A DNA stretch of 64,000 nt, taken from the NCBI GenBank assembly GCA_046563655.1, contig CM102283.1:682001-746000 (forward strand), in the 5' to 3' direction. A program made the translations under genes and the position numbers. This document shows positions 52,989-64,000 of this stretch, piece after piece. Every line of letters starts with the position of its first letter. The first letter of the stretch is position 1. Under the pieces are notes generated by a model that was not told the DNA's origin, searched no databases, and worked only from the letters and a program-made list of their open reading frames with translations. This stretch comes from Yuukianura sp. NJ FZ-2021. Lineage: Eukaryota.

Positions 52989-54388
52989 TCAGAAACTGTT
53001 GTTCGTAAAAGTAGCTCCGAGTGGAAAGTTCGGAATGGAGCTCGATCCGGGATGATTGATGTTTGTGAACGTATTTGGATTAGGGAAAGTATCTTGTGGG
53101 CGATCGCTTCTGGCGAGACCAAGTCTTCCGAGATAAGCAGACTTGGGAGATGGATTCACTGCTCCTGGTCCGAAGTTTCCAGTTGGTGGACCATTGCGTA
53201 CAAATGCTGTGGCAGCAACAGGGGCAGGACCGGTGGGAGTATTAGTTGATGCTTCTGTGGTTCGGCTGCCCTTGGATATATGATGAACTCTCTTCTGATG
53301 ACATGCGAGTCCCAGTTCTCCATCGAAAAAGCGATGACAGTCTGGACATTGGATTCTCTTTGTTCCTAGCATTGCTTCGTACTCGACGGGATGATTCTTC
53401 AAGGCATGAAATCTCATTTGCTGCCTTTGTGCGAAGGATTTTTGGCATTTGGGACATGGGTGCCTTCCGTCCACTTTGGTTTTGGAGAGGTTGCCTCTCT
53501 TGATGATCTTTTTCCTCTTTATCTTCTGGAGAATCCGACGGTATTGGGGTGCCTTGGGATTGTAGTCGCTGTCCAAATCATCGTCTATTCGTCGTGGACG
53601 TTTGCGGACGCGACTGTTGTAGGCGCGAACGTCGAGCCAGTCCCCTTCAACTCCGCTTCGCTGTCCTTGTTGTCCGATCTCACTGTAGTCTCCTTCGCGC
53701 TTGGTATTTGCTGGTGAGTTGGAGCTGCTTGTGACGACATTCTCAACTGAAAGGATTACAGTGGAATGAATATCATTTTGAGGCGGAAATGGACGAACAT
53801 GATCCAGGAAAGTTTAAATACAAGTCATACACTGATAGGCAGGAGTGTTGTCGTCGTATGATACAATAGGAACCAGAGCATCTGGGTCAGGATCAATTTC
53901 CTCATCATTAACTGAACCGCCTTCAAGGAAATGGCGTCCCGCATTCCCACCTAGAAGAAACATGAAAGTCAGTCATTATCATTGCACTTATGTGCTTATT
54001 AGATTTCGTTATGCAATGAAATAAGTCGTCGATCATTCATTACCATTGCCGTGAGCAGATGAGACAGTGACTGCCGGTGACATATAATGGACGTCATCGT
54101 CTTCGTCCTTCAATTGATTGCTAAACGGCTGACATAAGCTTTTTGGCAACATTGGATCTGAACCTGAAAATACCATCACGTTAGTCAGTGACAACAGACT
54201 ATTTAAGTACGTAACGTGCTTCTTATGGATAATTAGTCAAGCCGATATTCAACATTGGTTCAAGCACTACAAGATCAGTCAAAACAGAAAGATTCATAAT
54301 TCATACCAAACTTTAGTGTAATCCAATTGCATAGCAAGTCCAGTTTCCTCTGAGTCCGAGCTAAATCCTGTTGAATCTGTTCCATCAT
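52989..54388 (-). CDS. C2H2 zinc-finger protein (two fingers, acidic linker, short N-terminal coiled coil)
   Basis: HPCPKCQKSFAQRQQMRFHALKNH and IQCPDCHRFFDGELGLACHQKRVHH. Upstream exons start at MMEQIQQDLARTQRKLDLLCNW with GT-AG introns. Confidence 0.8.
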
Positions 54389-55033
54389 GATTTGACTTTA
54401 ATTAGTACGAAGTTCCACTGCCGTTGATACTTAAATAATGTAAATAACTCTAAACTAATTACACAATTTGCAGTTTGTTATGAATAAATTAGAGTATAAA
54501 CAGTAAATCCCCCCACCCAATTGATTGCTAAACAACTGATGTGGAGTTGACAAAAAAACATAAACTACAATTTACACAGGTAAGTCTAGAGCACACACCT
54601 CTACATCCTATTCCTATTATGCACACTGTGTGTTGGGCAAAAAAAGATTGTATTATATCCGGTGCAAAATTTTAGTTAATTGACGAATTTAACTAACAAT
54701 CATTTCGAAATCTGAGTTTTAGGATAACTAATTTTATATTTCTTCTTACGTAAAGGTAGTCAACGTGGTGGAAATCACTTTCTGCCGGACAGAACTCTCC
54801 GGTCAAAATTTTGTTACAAGTTTCATTGTTGATAATTTTTTCAGTTTAAGAAAAAGCCAAATTTTTATTATTATTATTATAATTGTTCTTATAATTATTA
54901 ATCAATGATACTTGGGCTGGGCCACACGGACACCTTTTTTTGGTAAAATTTGGTGCTAGTTTTCTCCTAACTATCCGCCGTCATTTCATAAATAATGAAA
55001 TGATGGCAGACGGATGAAATGTTCCATCCAGTT

Positions 55034-56200
55034 TCAGCCGCTGTAACCTCGCGATGCCACTTCGGAATGTCCTGGATTGTTATACCCTTGTGGCGGCCCA
55101 ACTGGATACATTCCACCCCCTGCGACTGCCGGATTGCCGGCGGGTGCGGCTGGTGGACTGTAAGCTGCCATTGACCCAGCAGGATTTGAATTGCCAGCAG
55201 GATTTTGGGCATAGGCCGGGTTTTGTGCAGGATCAGTTGCAGGATTGGTCATGGATTGTGCTGGTGCATAGTTTGATGCAGAGGCTGCAGGATTCTGTGC
55301 AGAGGCAGCGTTAGCGGTTGCGGCTGAAGGATTGTATGCTGCTGCTGAGTTTGAGGCGCCATCTTGCGGAGCAACTGGAGCAACTGGAGCTACGGTGGAG
55401 GCCTGCGGGATTTCAGGAACTGCGGGAACATTTCCTGTGCTGGCAGGATTTGCATTTGGGCTGACGTAACTCTGCGGTTGTGGTGGGTTATACCCTTGAT
55501 TCTGCACAGGATTCTGGGGCGTAGGTGGCGGGTTGTAGCCTGGGTTCTGAGCTGGATTGTTCGGAATAGGTGGTGGGTTGTAAGAAGCTGCGTTCTGTGG
55601 AGGATTATAGGACGTTGGTGGGTTATAACTTGCAGGATTCTGGGCAGGATTGTTTGGCACGGCGGGTGGAGTGTAACCAGGATTTTGAGCAGGATTCGAA
55701 GCAGTAGCTGGATTATAACCTTGATTTTGTGGAGGGCTATATGCAGTGGAAGGTGGATTGTAGCCAGCATACTTCGCAGGATTGTTCCCTTGATTCTGGC
55801 CATTGTTGTCCCCTTGACTGTTGGCATTGTTGTTCCCTTGATTCTGACCATTGCTGTTCCCTTGGTTCTGTGCAGGATTGTTGCCTTGATTCTGTGCATA
55901 GTTGTTCGGAATACCAGGCGGAGTATAGCCAGCATTCTGCGCAGGATGACTCGGAACGCCTGGTGGGGCGTAACCTTGAGTCGGAGCAGCAGGAGCATAC
56001 CCTCCTTTAAAACAAAAATCAATTTAAAAAAATCTTAGAAACCTTTTTCAACAAAGTGAATTAAAAATTTGGCTCTTTTAAACACAGTTTTTTAGCTGAA
56101 GATATTTGCCCGGCATTACAAGTGTACCTTGAGGAGCCGAATGCACGCTATTAGCCATAGTAGCGCCGATGATTAGAAATACAGCAAATATTTTCGTCAT
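55034..56200 (-). CDS. Secreted Pro/Asn/Gln/Ala-rich low-complexity repeat protein (cuticle/matrix-like), 2 exons
   Basis: Signal peptide MTKIFAVFLIIGATMANSVHSAPQ is spliced to an exon with repeated PAQN(Q/P/A)GYNPP units, ending ...SRGYSG*. Confidence 0.8.
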
Positions 56201-56745
56201 TTTGAGCGTTTGGACAGCGATTCCAGAAAGTATTTGTTGTGTTCTGGTTTACTTCTAAAGTGAAATTGAAATGAACATGCGAAACCTGATTTCAAAAGCT
56301 TAACAATTCATGGACGAAACGTGTCTAAAAATTAGCGTCATTTAACTCCATTGTTCTCCCAAGGTTTTCTTTAGAAAAATTAAGACGCCGTAGAAACTTT
56401 CCAATTTTTAAATTTCAATGGGCAATTAACATGTCTCTGCCGATTTTCATCATATTGGAACCTGCTTTTTAAAAAATTGTTTTTAAATTTGGGACAATTG
56501 TGAATTTTTTTTAATCTAATTTTTGTTCTTGAAATGACCTCTGAGACCCGGAATAAGCACAAAATCTAATAAATGCAACCTTAGTCTTTTACCACAATAA
56601 ATTGAGGCTAATTAACACTTAAAAATAATTTCTCGTCCGAGCTTCATAGTATTAAACTGCATAAAAGCCAACTCCAAATGCATGAAATTCATGGAAATAA
56701 AGTTAACAAACAAAATCTTCAAAAAAAATCTGCATTTTGAGAAAC

Positions 56746-57087
56746 ATGAAATTCCAAATGGCAACAATCATGTTGCTTGGAACATTGCTCCTCGCTGTGA
56801 CATACACGGAGGCACTTTCGTACGGAATTTAAAAATTCTGACTAACCATATACTCTTTAAACTAATTTTTTAATTTAATTTACTTCGTTTCTATGATTGT
56901 TAGGATTCGAATGGAGACACATTGTGAGAAAAACAGCTGTTTTGACCCTAACTGGAAACCACTGGAGTGTCCAGGTCATTGTAGCTTCAGCGAGGAAAGA
57001 TGCTACCGAGTACGCAAAATCGGATCTACCGAACCTGAAGAAGTAGAGCGAACATCGCAGGAGTGTTGCTGTACCGTGGAGGGTTAA
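56746..57087 (+). CDS. Small secreted 8-cysteine peptide, 2 exons
   Basis: MKFQMATIMLLGTLLLAVTYTEALS, a GT-AG intron, then IRMETHCEKNSCFDPNWKPLECPGHCSFSEERCYRVRKIGSTEPEEVERTSQECCCTVEG*. AATAAA downstream. Confidence 0.75.
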
Positions 57088-57968
57088 ATCAGTATTCCAG
57101 AACAGTTTTCATTTCAAACATTCTCAAAAATTTAACGTAAACGACAGAAAAAATTTCAAAAATAAAATTTACTGCTGGCATGCAAATTGAATATTTCAAA
57201 GTCCAGCTCCAAAGTCGCTCCAGCGACAATAAGTTGGTACTAATTCAAATGACCAAAATGATTTCTCTTCCAATGCCCCGTTTTCGAAATTGCATTAAAA
57301 CTTCTTTCCAGGTGCAAAAAACTCAATAAATAAAAGTCATATAAAGCACTAATAAGTAGCGAAAGTATTTCGGTACTTTATGTTTTTGCCTGAGTCTGTC
57401 TGTCTGCGCGTCTGTCTGTCTACTAGTGGCAATTACCAATGACCGGATTAATATGTTGTACAAGTACAACATATTATTAAAACAATTTTAACCGAATATA
57501 ATAGCTTTAATTTCATTCAAAAGTTAAATTTATAGTCTCAGTTCAATTGATCCTTAAGCAGAGTAGGTTAAGTCTTAGGAATCTCGACATCTCTTACAAA
57601 AATAAAAATGTATAAATACGTAATGTTGTACTAACAAAAATAGAGATAGCTACAAATAACGAGGAAAGGTTGGGTTTGTAGTTCTTTTTTTTTATGATAC
57701 TTGCTAATGACAAGTTTTTCCGTGTCTTAATTATCGTCCAACACACACATACTATAGGTAATTAGTAAATTTTTAAATGAGTAAAAAATTTTGAGTAATA
57801 GTGGGCAGCGTAATTGGTACCTACCAAAACACAATAATTAAACTAAACCGTAATTTTTATTTTTTTGAACGCGGATAAATGTATGATGTATTTTCCTTGT
57901 TTTGCTTTCAGAAAACAAAAGTGTCAAAAACTTTTGCGGCTCAAACCATTTTTGAAAATATTCACAAT

Positions 57969-60788
57969 ATGGATTGTTTTCAAAACTTGATACTGTTTTT
58001 GGTTGTTTCAGGAGTGAGGACCGATAGGCACATCACTGTAAGTAACATTAGCCTTGGCTACGCAGGATACTAAAACATGATAAATAAATTTATATGCAAA
58101 TATAAAAATTAAATACATAATTATATAATCTAATTTTGGTTGTACAGGAACAGAATATCATAATAAAAGGAAACCAAACTTTTCTGGAGGATTTAGAAGG
58201 CGTGGGAAAAATTTTAACTGTCGATGGGCAGTGCCCACTAATACATTTCGAATTGCACTTCGTTCGAGTGAGGCGGTCCGTAATTGCAAATTTTCTATTG
58301 AATTGTACTAATTTGAAAACTCTGATTTTGCAAAAAGTGGAGTGGGAGTGGGAAACTGAAGCGAATTTTGAAAGGATTCCCCTTCCAAACTTAAAAAAGT
58401 TCGAATTTTCTCTAAGATACGTTAATGATCAGCCCGTTCGTTGGAGCATCGCCGAAACCCTGGAATTGACCAATTTCTTCTATACAAATGCTACTAACAG
58501 AAGCGAAGGAATTTTAGCATTCCAAAATCTGGAATTTGATATTTCGTTGAATACGGGATACGAATCTTTGCAAATGCGCAATTCGAGGTTGGCGGATGGA
58601 GTTTTTCGTGTGGTAACTTTATCAGTTGAGAATGTACATTTAAAGACACTTGGAGACAGGGACATTTGGAGACTCTTGTACAGCAAGAGTCCATACATTG
58701 AAAAATTCACCGCACGGTACTGCACTATTGACGTCAAGTTGTTGACCTTGACCTCTGTCAAAGAGTTGACCTTGTGGTACAACGACCTCATCGGCGGCAC
58801 ATTGTCACAACTTATCAAGTCAGCCGTTGTCCTTGAACGGTTACGGATTTATAGCAAAGTTCATGAAGCAATTGACGTCGCACTTCTTCCCACCAAATCA
58901 CTCGTAGAAATTGATACAAAATCGTTGAGTTTCAGATACAACTCGGTTCCTCCTCACTTGCAACAACAGTTCACACATCTACGCAGGATAAGCGTTTCCT
59001 CTGCTGACCTTGACCTTAACGTTTTTAATTTATCCAAGAAATTTACAAGTTTTGAACTACAGAATTCCTTTTGTGGAACAAATTACATGACATAAATTAC
59101 GAATTGACAACACTGACCATCGACTGTCAGTATTTTGACGAAGAATGTCCTATAGTTGAGCTGGACACACCTCAAATGCGGTCTTTGGGAACTTTACATT
59201 TATATTTCGTTGAAGTTCGAGCCAAGAAGTTACCAGTTTGGTTGAAATTGAGAACCTTGATGCTAGTGAGATGTACAATTGAAGACACCATTTTAGACAA
59301 TTTTGGTCGAATTTTTCCAAGTGTAACTGGTGTTGTATTGGATATGGAGGATGTTTTATCCGAAAAGATACTTTTGGTAGTTGTTAAACTTCGGCCTCAG
59401 TTCATCGGTATGTACATGGCAGGCTTTGACCCAGGAGCTAAGGTCAAAGCTCAATTAGAAACAACATTCAAAACAATATTAAACGCAACATTTACTTACA
59501 GCGGTTTTACGGAAGGAATGTTATGCATGTTTTATTTAAACGGTTCAGCTGGGTACAGGTATGCTAGTCACATCGACTATGTTCGGCTCCCTAAACGGTA
59601 CAGAATTGTGGATCTTTTGGAACTGCATGGATTCTTGGCAAGGAAATTTAGCTCAACATTGTTGTCTCAAATTCACAACACTTACATGACGTTTGTTTAC
59701 TGTATTTGTGGATTTGGACTTGTTTGTAACTGCTTAAGCATCGTTGTGCTCGTGCGTAAAACAATGCGCAGCTCTACAACTTTACTCCTTTTTGCACTCA
59801 CGTGCACGGATTCAGTGTACTTGATTACGGCAATTATTTCGACGGAGGAATTCAGTAATTTGTTTCAAGAATATTTCCGGCGCTCTAATTTAAACGGATA
59901 CGTCGCATACCCAGTCAACAAAACAAGTAAAAACTCAATTTTAAAATTAGAAAAGCAAAGCAAATGCATGAAATTTGTATGTTTGATATATGTGATGTTT
60001 TAGTGTACACGGCGTCGGTGTACATGACGATTTTGATTACTGTGGAACGTTTTATTGCAACTTCGAAACCAATTCAAGCATCATCAATTTTTACAACACG
60101 CAAAGCACGACGTTATACACTGATAGTATTTGGATTTGCAACATTTTTGAATTTACCGCGATGGTTGGAATTTGTAAAATTCCAACCATCGAAGCTTCGT
60201 CTCCTGAGTGGAGTAAATACTTCCCGCGTCAGTTGCACAAATTTCCACTTTACCAAATCATTTACCAGCAACTGCTCTGGTATCTATGTATCTACCTCGT
60301 TCCCTTTGTTACCATCGTTACACTCAACATACTCATCATTGCAGCGGTAAATTTTTAACGACAATTATAAAAAGACAAAACTAAAGTAGTAAAATGCATT
60401 ATTAATGGTTGTTTATTAGGTAACCAATGCAGCAAAAGAACGGCAACGCACTGCAGTAACACAGAATACTGCGCATGACAATTCCTTGAACAGAATGTTG
60501 CTAACAGTTGTTTTTGTGTTTATTTTGTGTAACTCTTTGGCTGCTGCACTGGAACTCAACTTTATTTTGAAAGGAGTTGAGCCTGAAGTTGCAGCCACAA
60601 TAGTTGGTCTACCCATACTGGTCAATTCAGCTGTCAATTTCATCCTCTACTGCATTCTCGGCAGGAAATTTCGCGGCGAATTGAAACTTGTAGTTGCAGA
60701 AATTGGAACATGGATTCGATCTATATGCACTCGTAGAATAATAGACAGGTCTAATTCAATTGAGTTGAGGCAGCATAGGGTCAGGTAG
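57969..60788 (+). CDS. Rhodopsin-class peptide GPCR (FMRFamide-receptor-like 7TM) with signal peptide and ~500-aa LRR-like ectodomain; two single-base frameshifts (pseudogene or assembly error)
   Basis: Signal exon MDCFQNLILFLVVSGVRT; LxxLxL repeats (NLKTLILQ, LPNLKKFEF, SVKELTLWYN, LERLRIY, LRTLMLVRC). TM1 GLVCNCLSIVVL, TM2 LTCTDSVYL, TM3 ITVERFIA, TM4 LNLPRWLE, TM5 LVPFVTIVTLN, TM6 VFVFILCN, TM7 NSAVNFILYC. Frame breaks near 59070 and 60175. Confidence 0.78.
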
Positions 60789-62222
60789 TAAGCAACACCA
60801 TGATACATACACAATTACAAAAACTTAAAACGGAAAACCGATACTACAAATTCGTATACTAATTAAATTCACTAATTTACTTCACCAATAATACTTCACT
60901 CAATAAAATTTGTTTCATTTCGTTGCTCAATTTTTGGCAAAATTTTGAAAAAATCATTCTTACATTTACTTTTGGAGGAATTGGAGTTTTGAAAAATTCA
61001 GCTGAAATTCGACTTTTGGATGTATTTGACTGACGGAAAATTCACGCGTACTTTAACTTCTCGACATGTTTGTCTGGTGATAAATTCACCCGTACTCTAG
61101 CTTTTTGATGTGGCGAAATTTTGAAAAATTCACTTTTACACTTACTTTTGGAGAAATTGGAATTTGGAAAAACTCTCGAAATTTGTTCCCAAGAGCTACT
61201 GCCGCCTAGGGCTTCCACCAAAATGTTGCCACGAATGGTGGGATCACGCTTTGGTGGGTTTCATTGGGGCGTTCATGTGAAATTCAAAAATAAAGCCACT
61301 TGAAATTGAAATGCACAAATTTTTCAATTTTTTCGACATTTCAAATCCAACTCTCGAATTTTTTTCCCCAAATATCGTTGAAATGTCGTTTAAATATTTA
61401 GTGATCATTAAAACGATACACAGTAAATAGTGATTAGGACTATTGAACGGGTCTGGGGCGGAGCCCCAGCAAGCTTTGTGCTGTAAAGCTGGTTTTTAAA
61501 TAAAAACGTTTGGGAAAAATTTGCTAATGATTTAAGGAATAAATTTTTCCTTTACTTCGTTAGTCTAATTTTTGTAGAACGTTGTGACTACAAACAACCA
61601 AGGAAAGAAATGTAAAATTTGTAGTTCTTTTTATCTGAAAAAAATCGATACGAGAATTTTTTCAATAATGAATCCTTTTTTCTTAATCATTACAATGATT
61701 TAAAAAATTTCTGGGTTTTAATTATAGTCCCATGCGCGGAGTTAATTTGTAATTGTTTTGTCATATCACGTTCCGTTTTGTCTCATTACAAAAACTTGCT
61801 CGTCATATTACATTTTCAACAGTATATTTTGCACATTTCAAATAAAATTTTGAAATTCATATTTTTTTTTCTCGACTGTTAACTCAGAAAATGTGGAGGA
61901 TTACTTCAAACCGCGCGGTGTAATGTTGTAATACTGTATATAGGAATAAACTGGAAGTGAGCAAATGGAGGATCTTGGTTTCTGAGTTGAATTGAAATTG
62001 GCACCCGAAAACCGCAAACAAGAAAAGCCGGGTATTTTCGTGACCCCAATTGGCACTTGAAGCCAAAAGTTAATTAAATTAAGGAAACGAGGTCACAAAT
62101 TTCGAGTCATTAAATTGACCTGCGGAAGCCCTTTATAAATAGAAACTTTGAGTGAATTTGTTTCGTCTCCTGTTTCAAATAGAATTTTGGTCTGGTAAAG
62201 TGGGTTCTCAGAAAACTTAAAA

Positions 62223-62480
62223 ATGAAGGTTGCAATTATTTTGGCTGTCGTTGGAGTAGCTCTGATTGGTGGAGCCTTTGGAGGCGAAGCATCCAATCAC
62301 CGTGCGATTCTGTGCGAAGACAAGAACGTGATTGAATTCTGGGAGTCAGATGACCTTCTGGACTTCCACTGTTTCTGCAAGGACACTTCTTGGTTCTGGT
62401 GCAGAAAGGAAGCCAAACCAGCAGAGTCAAATGGATCCGAAGAGGGTGACCTCGGTGTCTCCATCCCCGCTGGACACTAA
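62223..62480 (+). CDS. Small secreted 4-cysteine protein, single exon
   Basis: Signal peptide MKVAIILAVVGVALIGGAFG, AAAATG start context and TATAAATA ~90 nt upstream. Confidence 0.7.
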   Translation: MKVAIILAVVGVALIGGAFGGEASNHRAILCEDKNVIEFWESDDLLDFHCFCKDTSWFWCRKEAKPAESNGSEEGDLGVSIPAGH

Positions 62481-63169
62481 ATTTCTTAAACTTTAATTCT
62501 ACAATTTCAGCTTTATCAAAAAATTGAATTTGATTGAATTCCTAAACTTTGTGCAACAAATTCAACACACTTGTCATTCGATTCATTCCTTTTATTCTAC
62601 ACTACAGAAATACTGTAGTGTAGCGTCTGTACTGTAGGAGATGCTTTGTCTATAGATTGGTATTCGAGAAGTAACTCTTTGTCTTTTAGTTTTATTTGCG
62701 ATTAAATAAAAATCGGCTGTTCCACAACAAAGCCAGTTGAAAACCAACGATATACAATTTTAATTTGGTATTTAATTCTCAACGAGCATGCATTTGTGTT
62801 TTATTACAAAATTTTTCATTTTCAAATAATTCATTTTCTTTGCACGAAGAGGAATACAGACCAAAAAAATTTCACTGGAACTAAAGACTCAAAGATTCAG
62901 ATAATTTTTTAACTTTGCCAATGGTTTGCAAAGGTCAAATATGCCCCCGTGTGTCGTCTGCTATAACTACCATTCAATCGCATGCAAAAGCCTTTTTTCC
63001 AAAAACTCAATTATTTAAAAACTCGTGAGCTAAATCCACATTACCTAAAAGTTCCACTACCTAAATTCCATTTGGTAAAAATTTAATTAACTTTTTTTCC
63101 CCACTCACGTTGATTTCAGTATAACTTAGGAAGCACGCCACTGATTCAACAGCAATTTGTCCAAATGAA

Positions 63170-63525
63170 AACGTTCAAAACAAATTGGTTCAAGGGACTA
63201 ATTGGTTCAATAGGTAAATTGGTTCAAGAGTGAAGTAGTTCAAAACCAATTGGCTCAAGAGTCCAATTGGTTTAAGAGGCAAATGGGTTAAAAAAAACGT
63301 GGATTTAGCATATGTAGATCCTGTTTTGTTTTCCCGCGCCTAAAGCACAGTGTTAGTTTTTAAATTCGCAATAATTATACGCTAGGTTAAGGTAGTGTAA
63401 AGTTTCTTGAACTTGTTTTTTTATGTTGCTTAACTTTTGAACCAATTTCCCTCTTGATCCAATTGGTTTTGAACCAATTCACACTTGCACTAGTTTGCCT
63501 CTTGAACCAATGGCATGGAACCATA
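63170..63525. repeat. Degenerate foldback-like element with inverted tandem motifs
   Basis: AATTGGTTCAA units at ~63183-63290 and the reverse complement TTGAACCAATT at ~63435-63512. Confidence 0.6.
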
Positions 63526-63665
63526 ACTTATACGGGTTTCTCATCACAAAGTTTCTCCCTTTTTTGATGCCCTGCCAGTGCCACCGCAACGACTACAGTT
63601 TGATTCCAAAACTTAATCCTGACGCTGTATTTCTTTGCTAAAACTTGGTCTACAAGTATTACAAA

Positions 63666-64000
63666 ATGAATCTTTTGAAAATTTTGTTCGTGGTTGGCAT
63701 ATGGCTTCCACTTTCTCAATGCCAAGGAGCTAAAATATCTTGAAGGCGTCAATGAACTTGCAGCAGAATACCAAGATTCAGAAGTTCTTATTGTAAAAAT
63801 CAATTCAACCAAGTACGAACTCGATGTTGGGCCAATTACTTCAGTTCCCGTTATACTCCTGGGTAATCCAATTCGCGGGTTTGAAGTTAGGAGGGAATGG
63901 CGTAAAAGACCTTATTCAATTGTTATGTTCATCGTATACCCAACTGATGTCTTCGTACGCACACCCGGATTTGACAATTTTTTCCTTCGCTATTACCCTG
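63666..64000 (+). CDS. Possible 5' end of a secreted or membrane protein gene running out of the window (one frame break)
   Basis: ATG in AAAATG context encodes signal-like MNLLKILFVVGIWLPLS. A +1-shifted frame (NAKELKYLEGVNELAAEYQDSEVLIVK...) stays open to the window end. Confidence 0.35.

Noticed and set aside
61447-61472. GC-rich hairpin ctggggcggagccccag
   Set aside because: Common subterminal motif of DNA transposons; no element boundaries could be defined.

Overview
Eukaryotic, intron-rich, AT-rich arthropod-type genomic DNA; the very short introns and gene content suggest a springtail-like hexapod (inference). The left arm holds the 3' part of holocytochrome c synthase (HCCS), a Hillarin-like LIM/transglutaminase-like gene and NAT10 (18S rRNA/tRNA cytidine acetyltransferase). 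Three box C/D snoRNA copies have an antisense element predicting 2'-O-methylation of 18S A27/A28 (SNORD27/snR74 type): one in a NAT10 intron and two in a probable divergently transcribed non-coding host. About 14.5-32 kb is a transposon graveyard: a decayed Ty1/copia with nested solo LTRs, a second copia 5' end with a half-tRNA-Ile-type primer site, a foldback-like element, Tc1/mariner remnants, and a decayed gene combining a histone-H3-tail-like N-terminus with two chromodomains. The right arm holds a CYP2-clan P450 with a palindromic MITE in intron 1, a secreted Cu/Zn SOD, a short spectraplakin lacking CH/plakin domains, a gustatory-receptor-like gene, an alpha-arrestin, a C2H2 zinc-finger gene, three secreted small or repetitive proteins, and a frameshifted signal peptide + LRR-like ectodomain + peptide-GPCR fusion. 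Gene spans are manual exon reconstructions; internal exon boundaries are approximate.
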